Source: an uncultured bacterium (lineage in GTDB: Bacteria > Chloroflexota > UBA5177 > JANWHV01). Taken from it: a stretch of DNA of 64,000 nucleotides. Every line of letters starts with the position of its first letter. Within the stretch, counting starts at the first letter, position 1. Below, one piece after another: positions 51,980-60,396 of the stretch. The notes beneath the pieces were generated by a model. It was given only the letters and a program-made list of their open reading frames with translations, ran no database searches and had not been told where the DNA came from. The translations under genes and the position numbers were made by a program. The stretch lies in the NCBI GenBank assembly GCA_963729625.1, contig CAVSOU010000010.1, positions 864,001 through 928,000 on the forward strand. The letters run 5' to 3'.

Positions 51980-53179
51980 GTGTACAGAATACAGACGCTC
52001 AATAAGGTATCGAACGTTGGGATCGAGCAGTTCTCGCGCGACTCCTATGAGGTTGCCTCGGAGATCATCAATCCGGACGCCATTCTCGTGCGCAGCGCGA
52101 ACATGCTGGAAATGCAGATTCCCGAGTCCGTCAAGGCTGTTGCCCGAGCGGGCGCGGGCGTCAACAACATTCCGATCGAAGCTTGCTCAGCTCGCGGTAT
52201 CGTCGTGTTCAATACGCCGGGGGCTAACGCCAACGGTGTGAAGGAGCTGGTGTTCGCCGGCCTCCTGCTCTCCTCGCGCAAGATCCTCTCCGGCGTCCAA
52301 TGGGCCAAGAGTCTGGCTGGGCACGGAGAATCGGTGCCCAGCCTGGTCGAAAAAGGGAAGAGCCAGTTTGTCGGACCCGAGATCAAGGGCAAGAGTCTCG
52401 GCGTCGTCGGCCTCGGCGCTATCGGAGTCATGGTTGCGAACGATGCGATCGGGCTCGGGATGCAAGTAACCGGGTACGATCCGTTCATCTCCGTTGAAGC
52501 AGCTTGGGGCCTTTCTCGAAGCGTGAAGCGCGCTCGCTCGCTCGAAAGCTTGCTTGCGGATTCCGACTATATTACGCTTCACGTGCCGTTGAACGGCGAC
52601 ACGAAACGGCTGATCAATCGCGATCGCTTGGCGCTGATGAAGAAAGGCACTAGGCTTCTCAATCTCGCGCGCGGCCCACTTGTGGACAATGAGGCACTAG
52701 GCGCCGCGATATCCGCAGGCATCGTGTCCACGTACGTGACTGATTTTCCTGACGAGGAACTGCTGAAACTCGACAATGTGATCTGTTTCCCTCACCTTGG
52801 CGCATCAACTCCTGAGGCTGAAGACAATTGCGCGGTCATGGCGGTGAACCAGTTGAGGGGATTCCTCGAGTTGGGCAATATCAAGAACTCGGTTAACTTC
52901 CCAGACTGCGAGCTGGACATGATCGGCGCGACGAAGCGCGTTGTCATCGCCAATCGCAATATTCCCAACATGGTTGGTCAAATCTCAACTATTCTGGCGA
53001 GCGAGAGCATGAATATAGCCGACATGATCAATCGCCATAAAGGTGACTACGCGTATAACATCATCGACGTCGAGGGCGACATGCAGCCGAACCTGACTGA
53101 CCGGATCCGCGGCATCGACGGCGTGGTCATGGTGCGAGCAATCGACCCGACCACTGAGGAGCAATCACAGGACTCGTAG
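51980..53179 (+). CDS. serA: D-3-phosphoglycerate dehydrogenase with C-terminal ACT domain
   Basis: RAGAGVNNIP, NTPGANAN, GLGAIG, PHLGASTPEAEDNCA, NSVNFP, ACT tail. Confidence 0.94.
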   Translation: MYRIQTLNKVSNVGIEQFSRDSYEVASEIINPDAILVRSANMLEMQIPESVKAVARAGAGVNNIPIEACSARGIVVFNTPGANANGVKELVFAGLLLSSRKILSGVQWAKSLAGHGESVPSLVEKGKSQFVGPEIKGKSLGVVGLGAIGVMVANDAIGLGMQVTGYDPFISVEAAWGLSRSVKRARSLESLLADSDYITLHVPLNGDTKRLINRDRLALMKKGTRLLNLARGPLVDNEALGAAISAGIVSTYVTDFPDEELLKLDNVICFPHLGASTPEAEDNCAVMAVNQLRGFLELGNIKNSVNFPDCELDMIGATKRVVIANRNIPNMVGQISTILASESMNIADMINRHKGDYAYNIIDVEGDMQPNLTDRIRGIDGVVMVRAIDPTTEEQSQDS

Positions 53180-53356
53180 CAATGCTATCGGTATCGCCAC
53201 GACGCCTGAGCACTGCGGGACATCTGCCTCCGGCGACGGAGTGCGGTGAGGCGCTGACTGCGCCACACAGGCGCGGTGCAAGCAGGCGCGGCAAAGTACC
53301 GCCCTGCTTGCATTGAGTGCCACTGAGAGCCAGCAGGTTGCGCGGAGATCTCAGCA

Positions 53357-53659
53357 ATGGACGAGCAGCATGAGAAGACCCAGGACGATGTCCGTGCGGC
53401 GGTCGCGCGCATCCTAACCGCAGCGCACGGGAGGACGTCGTCGATCACGGAGTGCGGCCGCGAGAACATGCGTACGGTCAACCGGCTTTCACGCATCATC
53501 GCACTTCGGCATGTCGCAAACGACAAGACGTTCCGACACAACCTCGCCCGTTACCGGTCAGAAGCGCTCGAAGAAGATATCGTGATCGGCGCGCGCCGCG
53601 AGGGAAACGGAGTGTGGTCGCTCGTGGCCGAGCTCGTACCCCGCCAAGAACCATACTGA
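53357..53659 (+). CDS. Hypothetical protein (100 aa)
   Basis: ATG after GGAG and a plausible composition; no recognised motif. Confidence 0.45.
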   Translation: MDEQHEKTQDDVRAAVARILTAAHGRTSSITECGRENMRTVNRLSRIIALRHVANDKTFRHNLARYRSEALEEDIVIGARREGNGVWSLVAELVPRQEPY

Positions 53660-53817
53660 GCACGAGCCTTCGGGCAGCCATCGACTCCGTTCGCGCCCCA
53701 AGGACGCAGCGAGCGTCGCCGCGGATTCGTGCCTTTCCAGTCCCAAATGCCATACGAGCCCGGTTGTGGGCACCGGGCTCGTATCGGGGCGGTCGCCAGG
53801 AATATGGACCTGTGCCC

Positions 53818-54876
53818 TCATGCGAGAGCGTCAAGGAGATTCTCCCGCACCGCGGATATGGCCTGAATGATTGACTCATCGTTTGAAGCTGTCGCGCCCT
53901 CAATTCGCTTGCACCCATGCAAGACAGTCGAATGATCGCGCTCGAGCTCGCGGCCGATACGTGCGACCGTGAGACCGGCATCCTCCCGAAGCAGGAACAT
54001 GCCAATCTGGCGCGCCTGAGAAATCGTTGCTTCACGTTTCTTGCTCAACAGATCCTCTTTGCTTACGCCAAATTCAGCACAGACCGCACGAAGAATAGTC
54101 TCCACGTCACCGCGCACGGGCGCGTTCTGAGCTTGGCGTAACAGGTCGCAAAGAACACTCTTCACAATGGTGGCGCCGACTACCGTTCCACGCGGGGCAA
54201 GGTGCGCGCAGCGGCGGACCGCGGTCTCAAGCTCGTTCACGCCGCCTGCGGTCCGGTGAGCCAGAAGGTGCAGGGACTCTTCCGTGAACCAGGTCTGAGT
54301 ATATGAGGCAAATGTGCGCGCAAGGACGAGACGCGTACGTAGGCTGGGCTTACCAATACGCACGACCTGCCCCGAAAGCAGGAACGACCGAAGTCGCTCA
54401 GACAGGTCCTTAATCATCGCTGGGTCGCCCTCGCCGCTGAGCACAACCTGGCGCCCGCTGTCGCGCAGAGTCTCGATAGTGTACGCAAGATCTTCGAGGA
54501 CCGCTGCTCGGCCGGCCAACACCGGGAAGTCGTCCACAAGCAGCGCGTCCACTGAACGGTAGCGGTCACGCACTGCTTCGGCGCGGCGTTGCCGGATTCC
54601 GCTCGTGAGCTCCTGGCTTACTGTCTCCGCAGGGATGTACAGCACGTTGTGCATACCGGGTATCAGGGAAATCTGCTGTGCCATTGCCTTCAGTAGGTGG
54701 GTTTTTCCCATCCCGGGTGAGCTCTGAAGATAGAGTGGGTTGTACGTCGTTCCCGGCGACTTTGCGACATTCCAGGCGGCACGATACGCCAGTAGACTCT
54801 CCGGTCCAAACACGAACGAGGCAAAAGAGTAACGCGGCGGTTGCCCTGTATTTAAGTGCCTGTGTGTCGCAAGCAT
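53818..54876 (-). CDS. DnaA paralog (AAA+ domain III plus DNA-binding domain IV, no domains I/II)
   Basis: YSFASFV, YNPLYL, PGMGKTHLL, LLVDD, RLRS, ARQIGM, RDHSTVLH. ATG at 54876 lies 7 nt after AGGAGG. Confidence 0.9.
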   Translation of the reverse strand: MLATHRHLNTGQPPRYSFASFVFGPESLLAYRAAWNVAKSPGTTYNPLYLQSSPGMGKTHLLKAMAQQISLIPGMHNVLYIPAETVSQELTSGIRQRRAEAVRDRYRSVDALLVDDFPVLAGRAAVLEDLAYTIETLRDSGRQVVLSGEGDPAMIKDLSERLRSFLLSGQVVRIGKPSLRTRLVLARTFASYTQTWFTEESLHLLAHRTAGGVNELETAVRRCAHLAPRGTVVGATIVKSVLCDLLRQAQNAPVRGDVETILRAVCAEFGVSKEDLLSKKREATISQARQIGMFLLREDAGLTVARIGRELERDHSTVLHGCKRIEGATASNDESIIQAISAVRENLLDALA

Positions 54877-54953
54877 TCTTGCCCTCCTACCTAATTCAGA
54901 ACCTTGCACACTCTAGCAGACAAGGCCGGGGTCCACAACCGCGCTTCCCCTGC

Positions 54954-55106
54954 TTATCCACAGCCACGAGACACACTGTCTCCACAACCGTTCATGGGTA
55001 GTGAGCACGCCTTATCCGCCTCCCAGGGGTGTTTATCCGCGTGCTATCCACTGTTATCCACATGGATCCACAACTTATCCACGAAATTGTGGCAAAGTTA
55101 TCCCCC
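54954..55106 (+). repeat. Cluster of DnaA boxes (TTATCCACA and variants)
   Basis: Perfect boxes at 54954 and 55054. Variants at 55012, 55033, 55044, 55064, 55075 and 55098, plus an inverted variant at 55088. Confidence 0.85.
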
Positions 55107-55258
55107 GGCTTGGGGAGCCTGCTCGGCCAGCGGACTGACGCACCCAACGGATCAATCGACAGATCCTTCGCCTCGCCGCACAGGAGACCGCTCTCCGGCA
55201 GCGACTGAGTCTGGCACGAAACGCGTCACGTTTGCGCTCTGGGTCGGTCCTCGATCGG

Positions 55259-55675
55259 CTAGAGTATGACGACTGCCGTGGCCGTTACGAGCGCCTGGCC
55301 TTCGCTATCGGCCACCTGCAGATTGCATTCAACGTGCGTCGACCCATCACGCATAGTGACTGACTTCACCACTCCGCCCACTCGCACACTCGAGCCAACC
55401 TTTGCAGGCACCCGGAACCTCGCGTCCAGAGTGCCGCCATGGATCCAGGCCGAGCCGAAGCGCCGCGTGAGGAGGCGCGACACATACGCCAGCAAGAGCA
55501 TGCCGTGCGCTATTGTGCCGCCGAAGGGCGTCGTAGCAGCAAACTCACTGTCGATGTGGATCGGATTGTGGTCCGAAGCTGCGTCGGCGTACGCGCGAAC
55601 ACACTCAGCCGTGATGTTCAATTCCAACTGATCCAGGACCTCGCCCTCGCTCGGGAAAGGTATCGGGCTAGCCAT
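55259..55675 (-). CDS. MaoC-like dehydratase (catalytic subunit)
   Basis: YADAASDHNPIH hydratase-2 motif, TIAHGML. Confidence 0.88.
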   Translation of the reverse strand: MASPIPFPSEGEVLDQLELNITAECVRAYADAASDHNPIHIDSEFAATTPFGGTIAHGMLLLAYVSRLLTRRFGSAWIHGGTLDARFRVPAKVGSSVRVGGVVKSVTMRDGSTHVECNLQVADSEGQALVTATAVVIL

Positions 55676-56090
55676 TATCTACCTCCCGAGCATGTAATGG
55701 GACCATGAGCAGGAGCCCGCCTTCCAGTACTGGCTTGCCTTCGGAAAGCACATGCGCGTCCAGGTTGAGCGCTGCATATCCCCGACGTTCAGATCTGGAG
55801 CGCACGACCAGAGTCGCGGTCACGGTGGAGCCTATGGGTATGGGCTTGTGTGACGTAAGTTGCAGGGTGAGGTGCAGAACTCCCGGAAAATGTACCAGCA
55901 CTTCGGTCAGGCAGCGCATCGCAAGAGCGAGCGCAGCCAGAGGCGGAACGACAGCGTGCTCTCCCATGTAGCCCTCAAACGAGTCCCCTACAGCCGACAC
56001 GTACGCCGACACTGTCTCGGCATCCAGCTCGATCGTTTGAACCGGAAACGCAAAGCCGGTCTCTACCGAGGGCAGGTCTAGCACGGACAT
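55668..56090 (-). CDS. MaoC-like hot-dog partner subunit (non-catalytic type)
   Basis: V.AY..AVGD, VPP, GVLH..Q pattern; overlaps the MaoC gene. Confidence 0.7.
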   Translation of the reverse strand: MSVLDLPSVETGFAFPVQTIELDAETVSAYVSAVGDSFEGYMGEHAVVPPLAALALAMRCLTEVLVHFPGVLHLTLQLTSHKPIPIGSTVTATLVVRSRSERRGYAALNLDAHVLSEGKPVLEGGLLLMVPLHAREVDNG

Positions 56091-56106
56091 CTCCTCACAG
56101 CGCTGA

Positions 56107-57330
56107 TCACGCGGGTGCGGACGCCAGAGCACCCGTCGTCGAATTATAGAACACTACTTTCTTGCCGTATCGCTGGACCTGCAAACTGCCAAGCGTCGTA
56201 GCCTGGCTTGTCGGCAGACCCAGGCCTGGGTGTTGCTGAAAGTATGACAGAAATGGGGGTCGGACGAAGTAGCCCGTCCCAATGTAGTAACGCCATGGCT
56301 TCCCCAGCCCATCCATTCCCGCCAGATACCGGTCAGGCGCATCCTGCCGGAAGTCGTCCGAGGGGTAGAGAAGGCGCTCTAGGCTCGCGCTCACGCTCGC
56401 CGGCGAGTGCCAGGTGAAATCGTGTAGGGCGAAGTTCAGCAGATCGCGCACGTCCGTGAATCGATCCACCATGCCCAAGATCACTGCGGCGACATGCCGG
56501 TCGCCCCGCACGGCATAGAGTGCATCGCAGAAGCCGGCCGCGGTCGTGTTTCCTGGTTTCGCGCCCTTGACGCCGGGATACCACCACAGTGGCTCGTGCA
56601 CGTTCGTCATTCGGTGCAAATAGTTATGTGCTGTTGCCGGGATCGTGAACGTACGAGTGCTGACGACGGCGCGGAACGTTGAGAACCGCAGGTCCGCCAG
56701 CAATATGAGCAGTAGATCGTGCGCCGTCGAGTAGCCGCCATATCCGTCAAGCCCGTGTGGAGTCGTGAAATGCGAGCCCGTGCAGCCAAGCTTGCGGCAA
56801 CGACGGTTCATCGCGGTCACGAAGGCGCTCTCAGTGCCGCTGACCGCTTCTGCGAGCGCGATCGCCGCATCGTTTCCCGATGGGAGAAGCAAACCATACA
56901 GGAGTTCCCGCAGGCTCAACCGCTCTCCCTCACGCAGATACATGGTCGACTCGCCGATGGTTGCGGCTGCGTAGCTCGCGGTAGTCGTACTGTCAAGATG
57001 GCCATGCTCGAGCACGAGGAGGGCTGTCATAAGCTTCGTGGTGCTCGCGATGGGTAGCTGTTCCTGAGAATGCGCAGCATACAGCGTTTGGCCAGAATCC
57101 ATGTCGTAGACGATCGCTGCCTTTCCCTCCAGGGGTGGAGCGGGATACAGCGTGTCGACAGCAATGCTGCCCGGATCTCCATGAGCCGGCGCCGGGAGCA
57201 GGCTCAGCAACAGCGCGACAAGCACGCCTGTGACGGCTGCCCTTCGGCAAAGTCCGCACACGTTCACCTGCGTCCATCTCCATGCCGCGCCAGGCACTGG
57301 AAGTCTCACCCTGCTCAATGCCGAACTCAT
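56107..57330 (-). CDS. D-alanyl-D-alanine carboxypeptidase (S11) with C-terminal surface-repeat domain; start uncertain
   Basis: IASTTKLMT (SxxK), LPSGNDAA (SxN), AKPG (KTG-like), PHGLD. Confidence 0.9.
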   Translation of the reverse strand: MSSALSRVRLPVPGAAWRWTQVNVCGLCRRAAVTGVLVALLLSLLPAPAHGDPGSIAVDTLYPAPPLEGKAAIVYDMDSGQTLYAAHSQEQLPIASTTKLMTALLVLEHGHLDSTTTASYAAATIGESTMYLREGERLSLRELLYGLLLPSGNDAAIALAEAVSGTESAFVTAMNRRCRKLGCTGSHFTTPHGLDGYGGYSTAHDLLLILLADLRFSTFRAVVSTRTFTIPATAHNYLHRMTNVHEPLWWYPGVKGAKPGNTTAAGFCDALYAVRGDRHVAAVILGMVDRFTDVRDLLNFALHDFTWHSPASVSASLERLLYPSDDFRQDAPDRYLAGMDGLGKPWRYYIGTGYFVRPPFLSYFQQHPGLGLPTSQATTLGSLQVQRYGKKVVFYNSTTGALASAPA

Positions 57331-57486
57331 GGATGGCCCACTCCACGCGGCACTGCCTTGCCATCGAAGGACTCGTCGCCGCACATCAAGCGCAATACGT
57401 GGGATAGAGTACACGACGCGGCTTTGCCATGAGAGGAAGAGAGCATCACTCGACCGATTGCCGCGATCAGAGGCGGTCGCCACGCG

Positions 57487-58542
57487 CTAGGCGGCTGGGT
57501 CCCCACCCGCGTAGCTGGGCGCGACAGCCGGGACAGGGGCATCATGATAGTCAACGAGGTACTTGCGAAGGAAACTCAAGACGGTTTCCTGATACGCCTG
57601 GGGTAGAGAATCAAGCGCGCCTGATTGACCACCTACTGGCGAGATCCAAAATGACTTGTGCTGCACATGAGCGACGTCTAGCAGTTGTCGGGCCGCTGCC
57701 TCGGACGTTGTCGAATTGGTATCGCCCTGGTCATGGATGATCAACAGCGACTGATTCGGCGACAGGTGCATCGCTCCCTCCAGTGCGCTGCGCACGTCAG
57801 GGTTGCCGCCAACTGTGGCATCCACTGCCCATCGCGCATCCGGCAGGAATTGAATATGGTGGCCAAAGAGCGTAAACGCGTGCGGAAGTGGGATGGAGAG
57901 TCCGGCCAACGGTAAACTGTTGAGCCGATCGATGGTGTCGTCTTCAGTCGCCCACGGATTGTCGGCGATGACTGCCACGACTTCGGGCGCACCGAGATAC
58001 TGGTCGCCATTACCTCCGGCCGTGGCGATCGCGACGCCAGCGCCGAATGACACACCGTACAAGGCATAGTGGTGGTTCGTCAGCTGACTGTTTGAATCGA
58101 GGTAGCTGATCGCGGCCTTCACATCCATGGGCTCGTTCAGCCCAAGACTGAATTCTCCCCCGCTGTGGCCCGAACCACGAAGGTCAATTGCCAGTATGTT
58201 CAGCCCGCCGGTAAGCAGCATCCTGGCGTAGCCGACCATCGCGCTACGGTCGGCCTTCCATCCTGGAAGTAGAATGACCGTCGGCGCGTGTGTGTTGACA
58301 ACGTACAGCCAGCCCGCGATCGGGATTGGATTGTCCTGCCCTACGATTCCGGACCCCGTTGTGTCATCACTCGTGTAGAAATGCGCATCGCTCGCCTCCA
58401 AGCCGTCGATCACGGGTGGGACCTCGACCGTGTGCTGGCTCTCTCGGAGCAACAGCATAGCGCGTGCCATTGGCGTGACAACCCACAGGCCCGCGACGAC
58501 GACGATGAGGCTTACCAGGAGCGTGGAAAAGCGTGGCATCAA
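57487..58542 (-). CDS. Membrane-anchored or secreted alpha/beta-hydrolase fold protein
   Basis: N-terminal hydrophobic segment, IDLRGSGHSGG, GVSFG, LIIHDQGD. Confidence 0.82.
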   Translation of the reverse strand: MMPRFSTLLVSLIVVVAGLWVVTPMARAMLLLRESQHTVEVPPVIDGLEASDAHFYTSDDTTGSGIVGQDNPIPIAGWLYVVNTHAPTVILLPGWKADRSAMVGYARMLLTGGLNILAIDLRGSGHSGGEFSLGLNEPMDVKAAISYLDSNSQLTNHHYALYGVSFGAGVAIATAGGNGDQYLGAPEVVAVIADNPWATEDDTIDRLNSLPLAGLSIPLPHAFTLFGHHIQFLPDARWAVDATVGGNPDVRSALEGAMHLSPNQSLLIIHDQGDTNSTTSEAAARQLLDVAHVQHKSFWISPVGGQSGALDSLPQAYQETVLSFLRKYLVDYHDAPVPAVAPSYAGGDPAA

Positions 58543-58639
58543 GCCGGCCTTGGAAGAAGTTTGGGCGGCTCGCGTGTTTCAGCTTGCATTGCTCGGATAG
58601 ACACGTCACCGTCCAGTCTCGCTGAACAATTAACAGACG

Positions 58640-58692
58640 AAAAAACCCGGCCGCACAGACCCGAGCGTCCGGCGAGGCTGGCCCGTGCGGCC
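58640..58692 (-). terminator. Intrinsic-terminator-like hairpin in the leader of the hydrolase gene
   Basis: On the minus strand GGCCGCACGGGCC pairs with GGTCTGTGCGGCC, followed by GGGTTTTTT. Confidence 0.5.
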
Positions 58693-58794
58693 CCAGCGCA
58701 AGACACCCAGCTACAGAGCGACCGGCCTTCTAGGCCCGATCCCACCGCGTTGTACACTCTGACTCGACAATGCGTCAAGGAGATCGAACGAAAC

Positions 58795-59355
58795 ATGCGA
58801 GTCATAGCAGGCTCAGCGCGCGGTGTTACGCTCAAGGGACCGCCCGATGCACAAACCAGGGCTACCGCAGACAAAGTCCGAGGCGCTATCTTTAACGTGC
58901 TTGCAGCGTTCGTTCCCGGGTCGCGCGTGCTCGATCTGTATGCCGGAACGGGCGCGCTCGGCGTGGAAGCCCTGAGCCGCGGGGCCGAACACTGCGATTT
59001 CGTCGAACGCCGGTACGCCCTGTGCGCGATCATTCGGGAGAATCTTGCCAAGACTCGCCTGTTGGAGCGGGCACTGGTGGTGCAGGCGGAGGCGTCTCGG
59101 GTGCTTTCCGAAATCCGGGGACCATATGACATCGTCCTGGCAGATCCGCCATATGGCGATAGCGAGAGTCTCGCGCTGGTCTCGATGCCCTCGTTGCATC
59201 ACCTGCTGGCAGCGGAAGCCGTCGTAATACTGGAGCATAGCCCCAGGGCGGAGGTAGTCGGAGACGTCGGGCCGTTGCGATTTGTGCGCACGCGACGGTA
59301 TGGTGACAGTGCTGTTAGCATATGGCAGCGCGAAGAAGTGGAGGTTACGCCCTGA
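58795..59355 (+). CDS. rsmD: 16S rRNA m2G966 methyltransferase
   Basis: MRVIAG.ARG..L, LDLYAGTGALGVEALSRGA, DPPY, RRYG. Confidence 0.93.
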   Translation: MRVIAGSARGVTLKGPPDAQTRATADKVRGAIFNVLAAFVPGSRVLDLYAGTGALGVEALSRGAEHCDFVERRYALCAIIRENLAKTRLLERALVVQAEASRVLSEIRGPYDIVLADPPYGDSESLALVSMPSLHHLLAAEAVVILEHSPRAEVVGDVGPLRFVRTRRYGDSAVSIWQREEVEVTP

Positions 59356-59876
59356 CACGCGCCTTTTTTCCCGCGAGCTTCGACCCGATGACCAATGGAC
59401 ACTTGGACATCGCCGCGCGCGCCTGTGCCGTGTTCGATGAGTTGGTAATCGGCGTTTACCGCACGCCCCCTAAGAACGTGCTGTTCACATGGGAAGAGCG
59501 AATCAGTATGGCGCGAGAATCTACCGCGCATTTGGTTAATGCGCGTGTAGAGGGATTCACCGGCCTAATGGTAAACTATGCAATGCATATCGACGCGGAT
59601 GTAATCGTGCGCGGCCTTCGACATGGACCGGATTTTGAAGGCGAGTACCAGATGGCGCTGGCCAACAGAATGCTCGCGCCGTCACTGGAGACAGTCTGCT
59701 TTATCGGTAGCCAGGAACTCGTTTTTATTAGCTCCAGCCGTATCAAGGAGATCGCGTTGCTGGGAGGCGATGTCTCAGGCCTGGTACCACCGCCGGTGGC
59801 TACGCGTTTCGCGCATCTCCGAGCGAGGACCAGTATCACCGATGACGCTGATGCCCACAAGGCGGAAGGAGGCTGA
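59352..59876 (+). CDS. coaD: Phosphopantetheine adenylyltransferase (probable CTG start)
   Basis: SFDPMTNGHLDI, IVRGLR, FISSSRIKEIA.LGGDV. Confidence 0.95.
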   Translation: MTRAFFPASFDPMTNGHLDIAARACAVFDELVIGVYRTPPKNVLFTWEERISMARESTAHLVNARVEGFTGLMVNYAMHIDADVIVRGLRHGPDFEGEYQMALANRMLAPSLETVCFIGSQELVFISSSRIKEIALLGGDVSGLVPPPVATRFAHLRARTSITDDADAHKAEGG

Positions 59877-59880
59877 TCCT

Positions 59881-60342
59881 ATCGACATTCTGCATTTGCT
59901 GGACCGGCTGGAGGAAACCATCCGTTCCGGCTGGCATATTCCTGGAATGTCTCGCTGTGCGATCGATGAGAACGAAGTGCAGGAGATCATCGAGAGCATC
60001 AGAGTGAGTATTCCGGAGCAGGTCCGCGAGGCTGATGAGGTCAAGCGCGGACGAGAGGGTATTCTTGCCGAAGGCAAAGCCGAAGCTGAACGCGTCATTG
60101 CTGATGCTCAGGCGCAGGCGATAGAGCTCGTGCACGAGCAGGTACTCTACAAGACGGCCGAACGCGAGGCGCGCCGAATCATCGAGGAAGCCAATCAACA
60201 GGCCTATGAAACCCGGATTCGTGCCGACGAGTACGTCGTCGGCACCCTCGAAGCGCTTGAGCGACAGCTCCTGACCACAGTCGGTACTGTTCGAAACGGA
60301 ATCGCCGCGCTTCGCACCGAGGTCGTGACCTCGGATCAGTGA
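59881..60342 (+). CDS. Conserved coiled-coil protein (DivIVA / ATP synthase b-like) between coaD and yceD; probable ATC start
   Basis: DILHLLDRLEE..., A..EA.RII, ADEY, VRNG pattern and the typical synteny. Confidence 0.8.
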   Translation: MDILHLLDRLEETIRSGWHIPGMSRCAIDENEVQEIIESIRVSIPEQVREADEVKRGREGILAEGKAEAERVIADAQAQAIELVHEQVLYKTAEREARRIIEEANQQAYETRIRADEYVVGTLEALERQLLTTVGTVRNGIAALRTEVVTSDQ

Positions 60343-60396
60343 GTCCTTGCCTGGTCGTCCGACCTTGTCCCTGGATCAACCAAGAGGCACCTTGAC

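Noticed and set aside
53818-54909. Calling this gene canonical dnaA or hda
   Set aside because: It lacks domains I/II and key arginines, unlike DnaA, yet has domain IV, unlike Hda.
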